DNA of 64,000 nucleotides from Chrysomallon squamiferum (GCA_012295275.1 CM022671.1:2480001-2544000); one strand, 5' to 3'. Shown: positions 11,401 through 29,280, counted from the stretch's first letter. Made by a program: numbers and translations. The notes: generated by a model not told the origin, from the letters alone.

Positions 11401-14400
11401 ACTACCAGGACTCACAGCTTGCATTGAGTGTACATTAGACTTGTATCCACCTCAAGTGAGTTGTCTAAATTCCTTACTCTATTTAGACATTAAATCACAC
11501 ACATTTTAATTAGATTGACTGTTTATCACTACCCAAGTTGTACAATAATTGTGTATTTAATTTCCTGATTATAGTTGTTAATCTTCATTTCTAAAATAAT
11601 CACTGGAAGGCTACTCGTTTAATGATTGCCAGACCTATGATCAGCTCTCTGACCAGTTGTTATTGTATGCTGTATGAGAACTTTGGTCATGGAAAAGGCT
11701 GAGCAACATCTCAGCAAAAGCATATCATATCTCATTATCATTTCTCAGTCTCTATCTTATTCACTAGCTTTTACAGTCTCCAGTACTACATATTTCATCT
11801 ATAAATTTGTACTCAGTTGTACATCCCGTAGTACAAGGTATTAAAGTTTTTGCTGACTGTATTTTTATGTTCTTTGTAAGAGTTTCATTTAGATCATTTT
11901 TCTATTCAGAATAAATAAAAATGATTACCTATATCTAAAGAGTAAAAAAAAAAAAAAATACAAAAATATTTAAAGATAGCTGACACAAAACACCCTACCT
12001 GCATGCTATTCTTGATGAACTTTTCACTTAATGAACTAGTGTGACTAGAACTTGGTTTTTAAGTAAGGAGTGCCTGTATGTAGTACAACTGTTCGTTTGT
12101 GTTTAAACTTGTTTTTCCTGATTCAGGTAAATTTTCCTCTATGCACCATAGCCCACACCCCTCGGCTGCCAGAACACTGTATAGAGTATGTGAGGATTTT
12201 ACAGTGGCCCAAGGATGATCCATTTGGTGGTAGGTGGACATTAAAGGATATATTCTGTATTTATACTGAGATTGATGATAATAATTAACTGATTTCAAAC
12301 ATGAAGCTAAACATGAAATATATGATTTTTCTTTGGTAGGTGTAAAGTGTTTAATGACATCTTACCACAAAATACTTTATCTGTTGCTTGTTATACAGTG
12401 GAATTTGCATTTGACATAATAGCTTTTTTGATTATATGATGACTTTAAGTTAAAGGTTTATTCTTAATGTGCCTACTGTCCAGGGTTCTTCCATTTTGGC
12501 ATTTGTCTAAGCACTAAGGATGTTTTTTATATTACAAGAGAATAAAGATTACTGTGACAACATTTTCTTATTTTCTATACAGCAGAAGACTGATAACTGA
12601 ATTAATAATATAATTCTTTTTCCTTTTTTACCAAAATAAAATTTACTCAACAGCCAGATTTCGATATTTTTAACTGGAAGCATATCTTTGTAATCTTGAA
12701 ACTGTTAAAGGCAACAGAATGTCATCCTCCTTGGTAGTGAATAATTACAAAAAAAAATGTTTTTTTTTTCTTTCTTGTTTGGTTTTAAGCTGGTACTCCA
12801 ATAGATGGAGATGATCCTAAACACATTTCCTGGATTCTTGAGAAGTCACAGATTAGAGCAAAGAAATACAATATTACTGGAGTTAACTATCGACTCACAC
12901 AAGGTATTTAAATACACTGACCAAGTCTACTGTTGATTCACATACAGTGTTAATGACACTGCTCTATGTTTTAATACATACATGGTGTTTAAATATAATA
13001 CTGACTCACACAAGGTATTTAAATACACTGACCAAGTCTACTGTTGATTCACATACAGTGTTAATGACACTGCTCTATGTTTTAATACATACATGGTGTT
13101 TAAATATAATACTGACTCACACAAGGTATTGACATACAATATAAATAAATCTACTCTTGATTCTACATAAGGTGTTAATTACAACATTACTACATAGTTT
13201 TATACATTCAAAATTTTTAAATATATATTCGACTTACACAATGTAACTAAATCTGCTATTGATTCACATAGTAAGTTAAAATCAGCATTACTATATTTAT
13301 TGATACACATACAAGGTTTTTAAATGAACATTACTGAAGCTAATGATATTAGATTTTGAAAAGGAATAGCTAGCTTCTTCCAGGTATTTAAATATTACAA
13401 GTTAAGAATTAACAGAGATTTTGAAAAATAATGAGTTAATTGTTCCCTCCTACATGCCATATTATTGAAGTATAATTGTACAAGTGACTTACAATTTATA
13501 TTTCAGTTACTTATCAGTATCAGTATATCAGACATCTGCTAACATGCTGTATAATAAGGTTGCTTAGCCTTAGAAATACTGTATTAGCTGAACATTATCT
13601 CCACATTCACAAAATATTACATTTCAGTTTTCATGTACTTTATTTCAGGTGTTGTTAAACGTATCATTCCTGCTGTAGCTTCCACCAATGCTGTTATTGC
13701 AGGTCAGTGTATACATAGTTTACTTAAATTAACCAAGTAACAAGCAGTTACATACAGAGCTTGTGAATTTATTTGGCAATGTCCAAAATAATGGTCCCCT
13801 TTAAAGAAAACAATACATTGTAAAGTAATCTTTATCAGTACACTAGTGTATATCTGTGTATATCTTAATACACTTGTAAAATTGCCTGCATCATTACACT
13901 TCTGTAATTCCATATTGATGTAAACTGATGTCCAACATATGATATAGATCTGAAGATAGATAGTTTTGTCAAACGATTTATGTGTAACCATATCAATCAT
14001 AATTTTGATGGATAATTTTGCAAAAGCTACATTTTACGCCTCTTTCTTATTTATTTGTTGCAGCTGCCTGTGCAACAGAAGTGTTTAAACTAGCAACCAG
14101 GTATTTGATAAATATGACAGAAGTGCAGTATCATTAAAATACACACAGCATTAAATAAGAATATGAATTATCAATATACACAGCAGTATATACAAATAAA
14201 AGAGACATCTACAAGTTTATTGAAATAAAAAATGAGATCATATAAACAAACAAAAAAGTGTAACCAAAAAAAAAAAAGTTAAATGTAGTAAATTGGTATA
14301 TACAGAAGCTTATAAAGATATCTTTAACCAGAACACAGATAAAAGCAGTTGATTATTAATTATGTTCTGCTACTGATAATGTTAAAAGTGGTTACACTTT

Positions 14401-15946
14401 CTAGCTGCTGTGAGCCGCTGAACAACTACATGAATTTCAATGACACAGAAGGAGTTTATACTTACACATTTGAGGCACAGAGAAGGGTGAGATATTTTAC
14501 CATTTTTTTTGTTTAAATCTGTTAAGGGGTTTATTTTTCTAGAATAATTATACTGACATGTTTGTTTCTATCATTTCTTACATTTCTAAGTGCAGATTAA
14601 TATCAAAATAAAATGGGAACATAAGAATGCACATCCTCATAACTTGTTATTTCATCATACTTTATTGTCAATTGAAAAATAGTCTTTGTGTGTTTGCAAA
14701 TGAATTAATGTATTTATACATAATACAAATAAATGGTGGCCTTATTCACATTACTATAATGATTTTTTTTTTTTTTTAAATAACTGATTTTCTTATTTAC
14801 TATATAAAGAATGAAAAAAAAAGAAAAAAGGGTTGTTCATGGGCACAGTTAAATCAGATTGACATGTGATAGACCATTCATGTGCTTGTGAATCATTACC
14901 AGCATCTATCACTATATGATCCAAACTCATTTGTTTTTTCTTTGTGATTGAACCATCCTGAATTTCATCCCATCAAGTATATGCCATAAATAACTCTGGT
15001 TTAATAATGATGTTTTTTTGTTCTCTACAGGATGATTGCATGGGATGTAGTCAAGTGCCTCAGACTCTGACATTTATGGAAAATGACAAACTACAAGATG
15101 TGATAACCTATCTTATAGAACATGCCACTTAGTAAATATCTTCATCATAAAAACTGACATATAATTAATTACTTACTATCAATTTAAAATAGCAAAAAAA
15201 AAACCCAAAACAATAATAATAATAACAGTAACAATAATAATGTAATTATTTATTAATAACAATAATATTGGTATTACAGTAGAAATTAGTTTCAAGTTTT
15301 TGATCCAAGAAATTATTATTTAAAAAAAAAAAAAAAAACTTGTTTTATTTAGTTGTTGATAATAATTATGATACAGTTATTAAGTAAATAATAATGTTGT
15401 GTTTCAGTCAAATGAAGGCACCTGGTGTTACTACTAGTGTTAATGGAAACAACAAGACTTTGTACATGCGAACTGTACAGTCAATAGAAGAAAAGACAAA
15501 ACAAAATCTCAAGAAATCACTTAAAGGTACTGCATTCGATTTTTAGTGAAATATGCTTGTAGTGACGTAAACATGTTGCATTAATTGTATAAAAAGAAAT
15601 TACAGCACCTTTTTTTTTATAGTTTTTTTTTTCCTTGCTGTTATTTTTATATATATATGTAATATATATAATATATACATTTTTTTAAATTTTTATTTTA
15701 TTTTACTTCTGTGATGATATATAGCAAATATATAGCATTAATTTTGTATATTTCAAAAGGATAGTTTTAATTTTTTCGGAGATCTGGTGTTGCTTTTATA
15801 TTTAATACATACTGAATTAATTTTACTTCTTTTCTCTTCTAGAACTTGGTCTTTCAAATGGTCAGGAAATCTATGTAGCTGACCCAACATCTCCCAACTC
15901 GATCACTTTCCGACTGCAAATAGGAAGTAGCATGGAGTCCAGCTGA
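8457..15946 (+). CDS. UBA3: NEDD8-activating enzyme E1 catalytic subunit, about 439 aa from ATG 8457 (5' end uncertain)
   Basis: Exons 8457-8552, 8957-9037, 9853-9935, 10160-10240, 10620-10663, 11019-11083, 11300-11455, 12127-12229, 12790-12903, 13649-13702, 14064-14100, 14405-14486, 15031-15131, 15408-15526 and 15843-15946 total 1320 nt in frame. Motifs [34 protein letters not shown], catalytic [16 protein letters not shown] and [18 protein letters not shown] are present. Confidence 0.96.
9291..9410. repeat. 60-bp tandem duplication in a UBA3 intron
   Basis: attttctga(t/g)attatcaacactgaatgtattta... at 9291 and 9351. Confidence 0.85.
10241..10619 (+). other. U12-type (minor spliceosome) GT-AG intron in UBA3
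   Basis: 5' site GTATCCTTTT; branch-like ATCTTTAACT at 10601-10610 just before AG 10618-19. The flanking exons join in frame as CNVNA-HFAKIQD. Confidence 0.88.
12892..13130. repeat. 111-bp tandem repeat (2.15 copies) containing a UBA3 splice donor; degenerate continuation to about 13400
   Basis: gactcacacaag|gtatt occurs three times, with GT at 12904, 13015 and 13126. Confidence 0.92.
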
Positions 15947-17925
15947 GACCAACAGAGACAATATTTTGAACATTTTTACATGAACTGAGACTGAGAAAGA
16001 TAGTTGTGTTTGTGACTGTATTTGAAGTCAGCAGAACACATGAAATCAACAGTAACTACATCTTAAAACATTCAACTAAATTATTAACACATTTATCTTT
16101 TCTTTTATAATCAGTCAGTAATGAATGTAACCACAGAACAGTGAAAAAAGATTTTCAAAAAATGTACTTTTTTTTTGTAGCTGTGTTTAATTTATATGAA
16201 GAAAAAATGGAGGAATTATGGAATATTTTAATATTACTTTACTGGATAATTATCTTTGTGTCAGAAACAGAATCTTCAAAGAATAATGACTCTGAATGAA
16301 TAAATGAATATTTAACATCTCAACACATTGATAATAATAAGAAAGACATCTGGATAGTGATTTTACAAGTGAAGAATACCATTGCCAGTAACACTGGACT
16401 ATTCACAGTTTTTAGTGGCAATTTTAGAGAACATCAGAAACAGCCATAGCTTATACTATAGATACAGAGCACTGGTTGGAAAGGGAGACAGCCCACTGAA
16501 AATTAGTGATGCAATTGCTCATCTGCTGTTTAGGTCCTATGTGTATGTACTTGCATTCTGCAAAATGGGTCACAATTGAATTTTGAATGCAGCTGAAATA
16601 TCCTAACAATTTTACAGATTAACAGTACTTTTTCACAAATAATATTCAGATAAAATTGTATCATCTGCTTTCTCTATAGAAAATGGGTTGTGCTTTTCAT
16701 TCTGTAAACTTTTATTCAACCAAAGAATTTAATGTATTGGGGCATTACTTGTACATCTTTCAGAAATACCAGGTTGTCATTTGGCCGGTGTATTCCAAGA
16801 GTGTTACACACTGCTGTCATTTAATAAATACAGAAAACAAAAGAATCTGGTTAGTTTAATTTTTAGCAAAAAGTTACTTCAAATTATTTATATTCCTAAG
16901 GTTCCACCTGTTTTTTTTTGTTTTTTTTTTGCTTTGTAATATAAAACTATTAATTTAAAAAATAATACTAATAAAATTAAAAAATATAATAAATCAGCAG
17001 CTTTTAAATAAAAATATCAGATTTATCAGGTTGTTATATATTATGTGATTAATACTACTAATAAGATAATTTATAAATCACTTAAAGATAAAGACAGAGA
17101 AAATGGTTTTTAACTTTATTTTTATATTTGTTCCTCTGAACAACAGCATGGACTGGATTAACAGAAGCAAAATGTGTCAGCCATCAGAACAGTACCTGTT
17201 CAGCAAAATGTAAACTGTCATGTTACATGCATGGATCCATTAAGGGTTTTATCTGATACTACAAAACACATCATCAATACCTCTGTGTAAAATGTCAGTG
17301 AACCTAAAATATCCAATTTTACCCTTAACAAAGCCACCACTAATTGTAGTAATTATTATTACTGTCTTACCTTCACACAGCAATGCACATTTGAAAACAA
17401 CATTTTAGAAGATGCCTGTAAACAATGCTTCAAAGAAAAAACCAAAAATGAAACATGAAAACTTTCTTAATAAAAGTTAAAATAAAGTTGTCACATAAAA
17501 ATATGCTATTTACAAAACATGTTTATTAACAGATTATGTTCAACAATAAAACAGTTTACTTTTTCTCTCCTGAACTGCCTTTCGTGATACAAAAGATGCA
17601 GTTGTTTTTGTTCATTTGCACATATTCTCCAGCTTCTGAGCTGGCACTTTAGTATATGTGCCCTATCCACCAAAAAAATATAAATTCTGGTTTATCAGTC
17701 TTTTTAGTGAAACAGAAACAGAACAACTCTACTGACAGAATGCCATTAAACTTCATCAAGTATTTTAAATATAAATTGCAAACCAGAACATGTTCAACAT
17801 TCTTTATGACACTTCTCAGTAAATCCAAATACAGTGAACTGATTATTCAGCTTAGCGTTATTTTAAGGCATTTAATATAATTTTGATGAAAGTGGCTTAT
17901 TTTAGTGCACAGATATATAATTATG

Positions 17926-20900
17926 TTAGAAGTATCTAGGTCTAAAATTTCCACGTGCACCAAACCCAGGACGAGGAAATCTTTGACCTGGCAACATCTC
18001 ATTGTAAGTAGGGTCAAAAGGGTCAAACCTAGGATTAGGGAACCTAGGTGGCCCCTGATGATCTGGTGCAAAAGGATGAGGGAATCTGGAGGGTCCTGGC
18101 TGAGGAAATCCAGGGGGACTGGGAATGCCTGAAGATAAAAAACAAACAAACAAATAAATCATTGTTTAAGTTATATAACTAAAATGGCATTACAACACAT
18201 TTTTAATACACATGAAACATGAATATTACATAATAATCACATGAGTGATAAAACCTGCACATGCTACTGAACATTCCCTGGAGAGAATAGCTGACATACC
18301 AGCAAGTACTGATATATAATACCTATACCTGAGGCTGCAGCTCAATACCTCTTATAAAGTAAATAAACTAAAACTCAAATACATGTAATGAATAATTATA
18401 TCAAACTGCTTGTTATAAAACTGAAAAGACCAATGTTTACAATTAAGAATTAACTCAAAAATCGTAAGACTATCACTGTGTCATTTTCTACTTACCAAAA
18501 AAGGGTGGATGAAGATCATAGTCGCCTCCAATTATTCCATGAGGAGGCTCATAAAATGGGACATAATCACGTATAGGCTGAGGTGGACCCCACAGCAAAG
18601 GTGGAGGAGTAAGCATTCGATTTAAAGCTTTCCTTTTTCATCCTGCCTCTTGTATTCATCTTTGTACAACTAAAAAATTCATTAACACTGCCCTCCATTC
18701 AATATTAATTAAATAACAATATATAGTGTGTTTTAATACCGATTAATATGAAATATCTCTAACAACTATTCTTTCAAGTCATTAGAAACCCATCTTTGAT
18801 AATAATAAAGTATGACAATGGAATAATAGGTTCAAAGGGATGTTTGGAAGTTGACATTCCTTTATCCCTTGATATACAAATTGTAAGTATTCAGTTTATC
18901 AAGTTATTAAAACCAGATTGTTATGAAGCAATGTCATAATGAAAAAGAAAACGTAGTTTAAAACAATGGATGGAAACAAGGAAACAAACAAACAAAAATA
19001 TAATACAATCATAGGATATTTATGCATACATTTTAATATCTTGTTTTCAACATCATTCTGTTAGAATTTTAATTCACCTTTTAATAACATTCTATACTGC
19101 ATGATTGAAAACTGATATAACAAATAATTATGGTTTCAAAACAAATATTCAGTATTAAGTAACTAATATTTACATAATATTATATGGGTCAGGTATCAAA
19201 TACAAGCATTACTTTAATATTAAAGTTAAAAAAAAAAACACATAATAGTAGCAAAATTTTATCAGGTGGCATCCATTAACAACATATGTGATATTTATTT
19301 GTTTAGAATATTAACAATATTATTATAGTAACAGTTGACTTACTTCATACCATGGTCTGCATAAACTTAAGTTTTCAATTCCTGAAATAGTAATTTTAAT
19401 AAAAATCTCTAAATTTCTCCATTTGTTTTAAAGCTAAGTTGAAATAAATTATTCAGTTAATAAACAAAATACATTTTAATTTACTCTTTGATTTTACTAA
19501 AACTATTTCTCTGTATGAATGTGTATGTGTGTGTGTTTGTGTATATGTTTTAATTTGCACATTATTTGTGTGTACATGGACATAAAATAGAGATTATGCT
19601 ATTTTAAGAATCAACATTGAATGCTATATTACAACTATCTAAAAGAATCTGCATAAATAAAGAATTAATTACTGATACAAATTCCCTCAGACTTACGTCC
19701 AAAGTCTCGAAGATAAAATCTTCTCCATAGGTAGGGATCTCTTGCTACAACATGGCACTGCCTACAAGTCTGATCTATCTTCAGTGCACTGAAAGCATCC
19801 AGGTAGGAGAAAATCTTGAGCTGTAAATTAAATAGAACATAAAATTCTCTTCAGCTACAAATCAACCATTCTTTATCTGTATGACCATGTCTATAGTGGG
19901 TTTTTTTTTATTTAGGAAAATGCTTTTAATAAATGTTGAAGTATACATAAATTAATCAATGTTTTTTTATTTTACTAAAAACTAAAAATAGTTTAAAACT
20001 TTAAAACCATGTATACTAAGTTACAAGTATTTATAATTAATTATCATGTCCAATGTATTAAAGTACACTTCTAAATGTTTATTTTATAAGTATTATTAGT
20101 ATTTACAAGTTAAGTCCAAAATTAAAATAAACTCATGTGATGGTTACCTGCAATTCATGTGTCAAAGCCAACAAACCTTCACAGTCTGGAAGCCCCAGTT
20201 CTAATACAAACAGAAAATCCAATTTTATAAACATAATATACCATGAGACTTGACTTTTAAACTGTAAAATCAAAATACTTATTTTTCAATTCAAGACTTC
20301 AAGATATTACTTTCATTTATATTAGCATATTTTATTGTAATTCAGGTTCCTAATTTCATATATATATAAATATATATATTGATACTTCCAATATTATTAT
20401 ACAATTTAAGCAAAAACTTGTGTGAGAAAAACTCAAAATTTTATTTGAAAAATTCATACCTGCTCGAACAGCATTCACTAAGGGGAGGCAAATCTTATCT
20501 TTAATCTGTCTTGATAACTTATCCAGATTCCTGTAACAGTGTACTGCATCTGTGAAAGATAATTGTTTTGTTTTTTTAATCATCCATTACAATAACATAT
20601 TTATGATGTATGCAGATAACAATATTATGAAAATAAAATTAACCTTATAGCATAATTATAATAAATTATGCTGACAGCAAAGATGCATTTGAAAAATAAT
20701 TCTCTGTGAAAATAATTTTGGTAGACACTTGATAATAGCAGAGATTTTTTTAAAGGAAAAAACTGCCTTGTGTAAATGATACAGATGGGTTTTTACATTT
20801 TTAACAAAAAAACATTTACTGTAAATCATTTGAACTAACTCATCACTAGATATATTTGAGTTTCCAGTCTAAAGTATAGTATTGCAGGCTCCCTTTGAGA

Positions 20901-23173
20901 TTATGCTCTACTAAAAATACTTGTTCATTTGACAATACGTTAACATGCAGACTCCTCTATGGTTGAAAAACAGATGTCTAATCTGAATTCAAATCCATGC
21001 TTAATTTTTTCAAAGCAATCATTAAGTAATATGTAACTGATTCAATTTTATAGCAATACTCCTGTAAGCAGAATGTTAATTATCAAATATAAGCAAAAAT
21101 ATTTTATTCACCAGTAAAATTATCAGTAACAAACTCAGATGTTTTTAGCTGTACTTGCTGTGTCTGCAACTTAGAAGATCCTTCAACAAGTCCTAAATAA
21201 ATATAAAAAATATTAATCACTTTTCACATTAATATCTTTTTAAAAAAACATAAATTTTTAAAAGAAACCAATCATTTTGGTTCATACATACAGAAAGTGA
21301 TTATATAAACTATTATTATAATTAACAAATTATTCTGACTCAAATTCAGTTAAACCTAAATGACATTTCTATTTCATCAATATGTTTTTAATAATATGAA
21401 AGGAAATAGTTTCAAAAATCATATAACAGTAATAATAGCTGAATAATTTGGAAAAATATATCATATTGTGAAAACGCCCCTTTGCAACACTTACCATGTA
21501 CAACAAGCGACATTCCCATTGGAACACCTGTAACTGAGCAAGCCAGATTGTCAGTGTGGCAGTGTGTATACTGGAACCGATAGAACCCTCGACTCTGCCA
21601 CCCAACAGGTAAAGCCAGGTAATCACCTGTCTCCTCTTCTTCCTTAATCAAAAATAAGAACAGTACATATACTATATACACAAATATTTCAGTACAGGAC
21701 ATCAGTTATCTATATGGTCTTTGTTATTAAGAATTATTATTCTTTTCAGCCTTTAAGTTTAACAGATAGCAGGGATATAATCTGATGGTTCAAGCACATT
21801 TTGGATGGCTGATAAAAAGTTTCATATTGCAGTTGCTTTATGGATGAAAACCTTCTACACAATACCCAGTATTAATGAGATTTGTAACTGTAAAAATATA
21901 TTTTACAGTTATATATAGATCTAGCTCATGCTATTTTATGAATATATACATTATGCCACACCTGAACTAGATGGTAACCAGTTTCTAACATGAGTGCATG
22001 TATCACAATCCACAATGCATCTTCCTTGCTTGTACAGTTTGCAATGACGAAAAGATGATTGACAGCAGCTGGGACTGCCTCTGATGTAGACTCACTACAT
22101 AATAATGGCTCATTCAGACATTTATTTACAACAGGATCAAATCTCATCACTGCCACATCAGTTGTTTCTTTAGAAATGTTATCTAGCAATTTATTAATGG
22201 TCATTTTATCATTTGTTTCATTCATGCTGCAATCATCATTTATATATGACTTATTTTCAGCTTCATCTGTTACACCACCATCTCCTAATGTTGTAGTTTC
22301 CAGTTCAGCTGAAGATGTTCCAGATCCAGATGAGGGTGTTGCCTGTCCAGTAGAACATGAAGAATGGACAGCAGATTGAAAGACATCAGTTTGGTCTGTT
22401 ATTAAGAAAAGTAAATCGCCAGCAACAATTCCCAATTCTGATAAATGTGTGCTTTTCTCTGCTTGTATTCCGTCTCTGTTGTTTAAACTCAAATGAAAAT
22501 TTCTAAAAAATATAACACAGTTTTTAAGACAATTCTTTTTCCAAATACATTATCTGTGTTAATTTAAGAATCATCAAAATTATCCAATTACATGTTTGTA
22601 AATTACACACACAAGCCCCTAATAAATATGACCAAACTGCTTCTCATACCCTGCAAAGATTTACGACTATGACAGTCTTTTATGAAACATAATAAATATT
22701 TTAAAAAATTAAAAACAACAACAACAACAAAACCACTGTGACTGGCAATCAAATAAAATATGAGAAAATGTGTAAATAAATAAAATTTATACAAATTAGT
22801 GCAAAAAGTGTTTTTTTTTTTTTAAAAATAAAAAAAATGTAGATAAGCAAAATATTTGGTTCCACTGAAATTAATTGAAAACATTATTTTTTGTTTTTGT
22901 TTTGTTTTGTTTTATACATATTATGACACCTTAACAATAATTATCGTAAATATAATGAAGGTCAGTAACTGCGTAAGTCAGGCGTAACTGACTGACTGAC
23001 TGATGTTATGTTACTGTTAGTCCGTAAGTGTAATTTCTGCAGCTTCCTTACCCTAAGATTTGAGTTTCTCGTGAAATCTTATTGCACACATCTTCCAGAG
23101 TTAAATTTGAAGAGTTCAGATTTTCAAAATTAAGAACTATGGTCGTATTCTGATGTCGAAGTTTAAGTTTCAT
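17926..23173 (-). CDS. FBXO7: F-box only protein 7 (Ubl + FP/PI31-like domain + F-box + proline-rich tail); one-base frameshift in exon 9 as assembled
   Basis: Exons 23173-23052, 22502-21962, 21642-21495, 21192-21112, 20549-20460, 20200-20148, 19820-19697, 19381-19344, 18669-18496 and 18128-17926. Motifs MKLKLR, LSELGIVAGDLLFL, IHALMLETGY, F-box LLALTHELQLKIFSYLD...LWRRFYLRDF, GIIGGDYD and PRFDP are present. Confidence 0.92.
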
Positions 23174-23300
23174 GATTTAGCGATTCCAGTAACGTCTGTC
23201 ATGACTGGTAAACAGAAAACGGAAATTCCTAGAAGTCTTCAGAAAAAGGTACAAAACGTATAATGTTCTGTTGTGTTTTCCACAGTTTGGTGTGTCGGTC
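23174..23300 (-). promoter_or_regulatory. Probable FBXO7 5'UTR/promoter
   Basis: CpG-containing segment directly upstream of the ATG, with an ETS-like ACGGAAAT near 23219. Confidence 0.4.
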
Positions 23301-23671
23301 TATAAATAGTTATAAATGTATAATAGTTATTAATTAGCATGTAAGAATGTGAAAAGCCGAGCATAACAATTTATCCGTTCAAAACTGGCAAATACTAAAC
23401 ATAGACAAAAAGTAAAGGAAGATCACGAATAAATTTAAAATTCCTCCACAATTCCAATCTTTTCTAAAATTCCTGAAAAAATTAAACTGTCCTAACAACG
23501 ATAAAGTGTTAAAATGATCGCTGTTGCCACGGCAAAAATTAATAGATTTCTCAACCGACATACATGCGAAACAAAATTACAAAGATAGACGTATAGCAAA
23601 GTACCACCAACACAAATACAAAATACAAATACCCACTGCCACACCCACACATACGCATAGAGAGATATAAT

Positions 23672-23710
23672 AACTACAACTATTACTGCTACTACTACTG
23701 CTACTACTAT

Positions 23711-23745
<35 letters not shown>

Positions 23746-23879
23746 TTATTATTATTATTATTATTAAGATAATGATAAGGATGAAAGCTGTTTTGTTATT
23801 TAATAATGGTTAAAGAAATGAAACCTGATAATAACACGTTATAGACTTGAGATTAGAAGCAAGGGATCTTTTATATCGA

Positions 23880-23936
<57 letters not shown>

Positions 23937-24040
23937 AGGATTTCGTGTGATCACACACTCAAATACATACATGCATACACACTTATATACATACATACAT
24001 ACATACATACATATATGCATATATACATACATACATACAG
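23672..24040. repeat. Cluster of (ACT)n/(ATT)n, (TG)n and (ATAC)n microsatellites
   Basis: Seen directly. Confidence 0.9.
23830..23880 (-). mobile_element. SINE core fragment (reverse)
   Basis: attagaagcaagggatcttttatat matches the reverse complement of the shared core. Weaker copies lie near 2160-2350, 37775-38040 and 46505-46620. Confidence 0.5.
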
Positions 24041-24387
24041 TAATAAATATATATTGTTTCACAAGAACTACATTTAATTATTAAACAAATTCTGCACCAA
24101 ACATCCACAGAAGAGAACCTCTACTTTGATCAGTGTAGTCAGAGTAAATGAGGTTAAAAAAAAATTAAAATGTTAACTTCTCTTCACCTGGATATTTACT
24201 TTGCAGTGTAAATATCACAAAGTGAACGACAGAACATTTAATAAAGGTGTCGTGATTTTGTGGGTAAATGTTTCAAATATTTAACATAGGGAATGGTAGG
24301 AGAAAAAAACTACTTAGTAATAGAAACGAGACAGTATCTAGTAACAGGTAAGGACAATATTTTTTGTCGTTGTTGCTCTATTAATTT

Positions 24388-24390
<3 letters not shown>

Positions 24391-24450
<60 letters not shown>
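24391..24450. repeat. (CT)30 microsatellite
   Basis: Seen directly. Confidence 0.97.
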
Positions 24451-24453
<3 letters not shown>

Positions 24454-24554
24454 CAATATTTAAAATAAAGTAATAATAATAATTATATATAAACATTATG
24501 TTATTTAAATTAATATAAATTAATATATATGCATAATGTATTTGATTTAACAGA

Positions 24555-29081
<4,527 letters not shown>

Positions 29082-29227
29082 ACATATACATACGCATGCT
29101 CTGATGGATACAGATAAAAATGTTAACATCTCTGAATTTTAGAGCTAATAAAATGTATATATATAAAATTAAAAACCGAAGAACTTATTAATTATCTCTC
29201 TTCGTTGATTATTATTATTATTATTAT

Positions 29228-29280
<53 letters not shown>

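Noticed and set aside
17847-18149. Overlapping alternative-frame and antisense ORFs over the last FBXO7 exon (also 22059-22379 and those over the GPCR)
   Set aside because: Shadow ORFs of GC-richer real exons.
21769-21870. tRNA-like start (gcagggatataatctgatggttcaagcac) in an FBXO7 intron
   Set aside because: No cloverleaf or B-box; at most a decayed SINE head.
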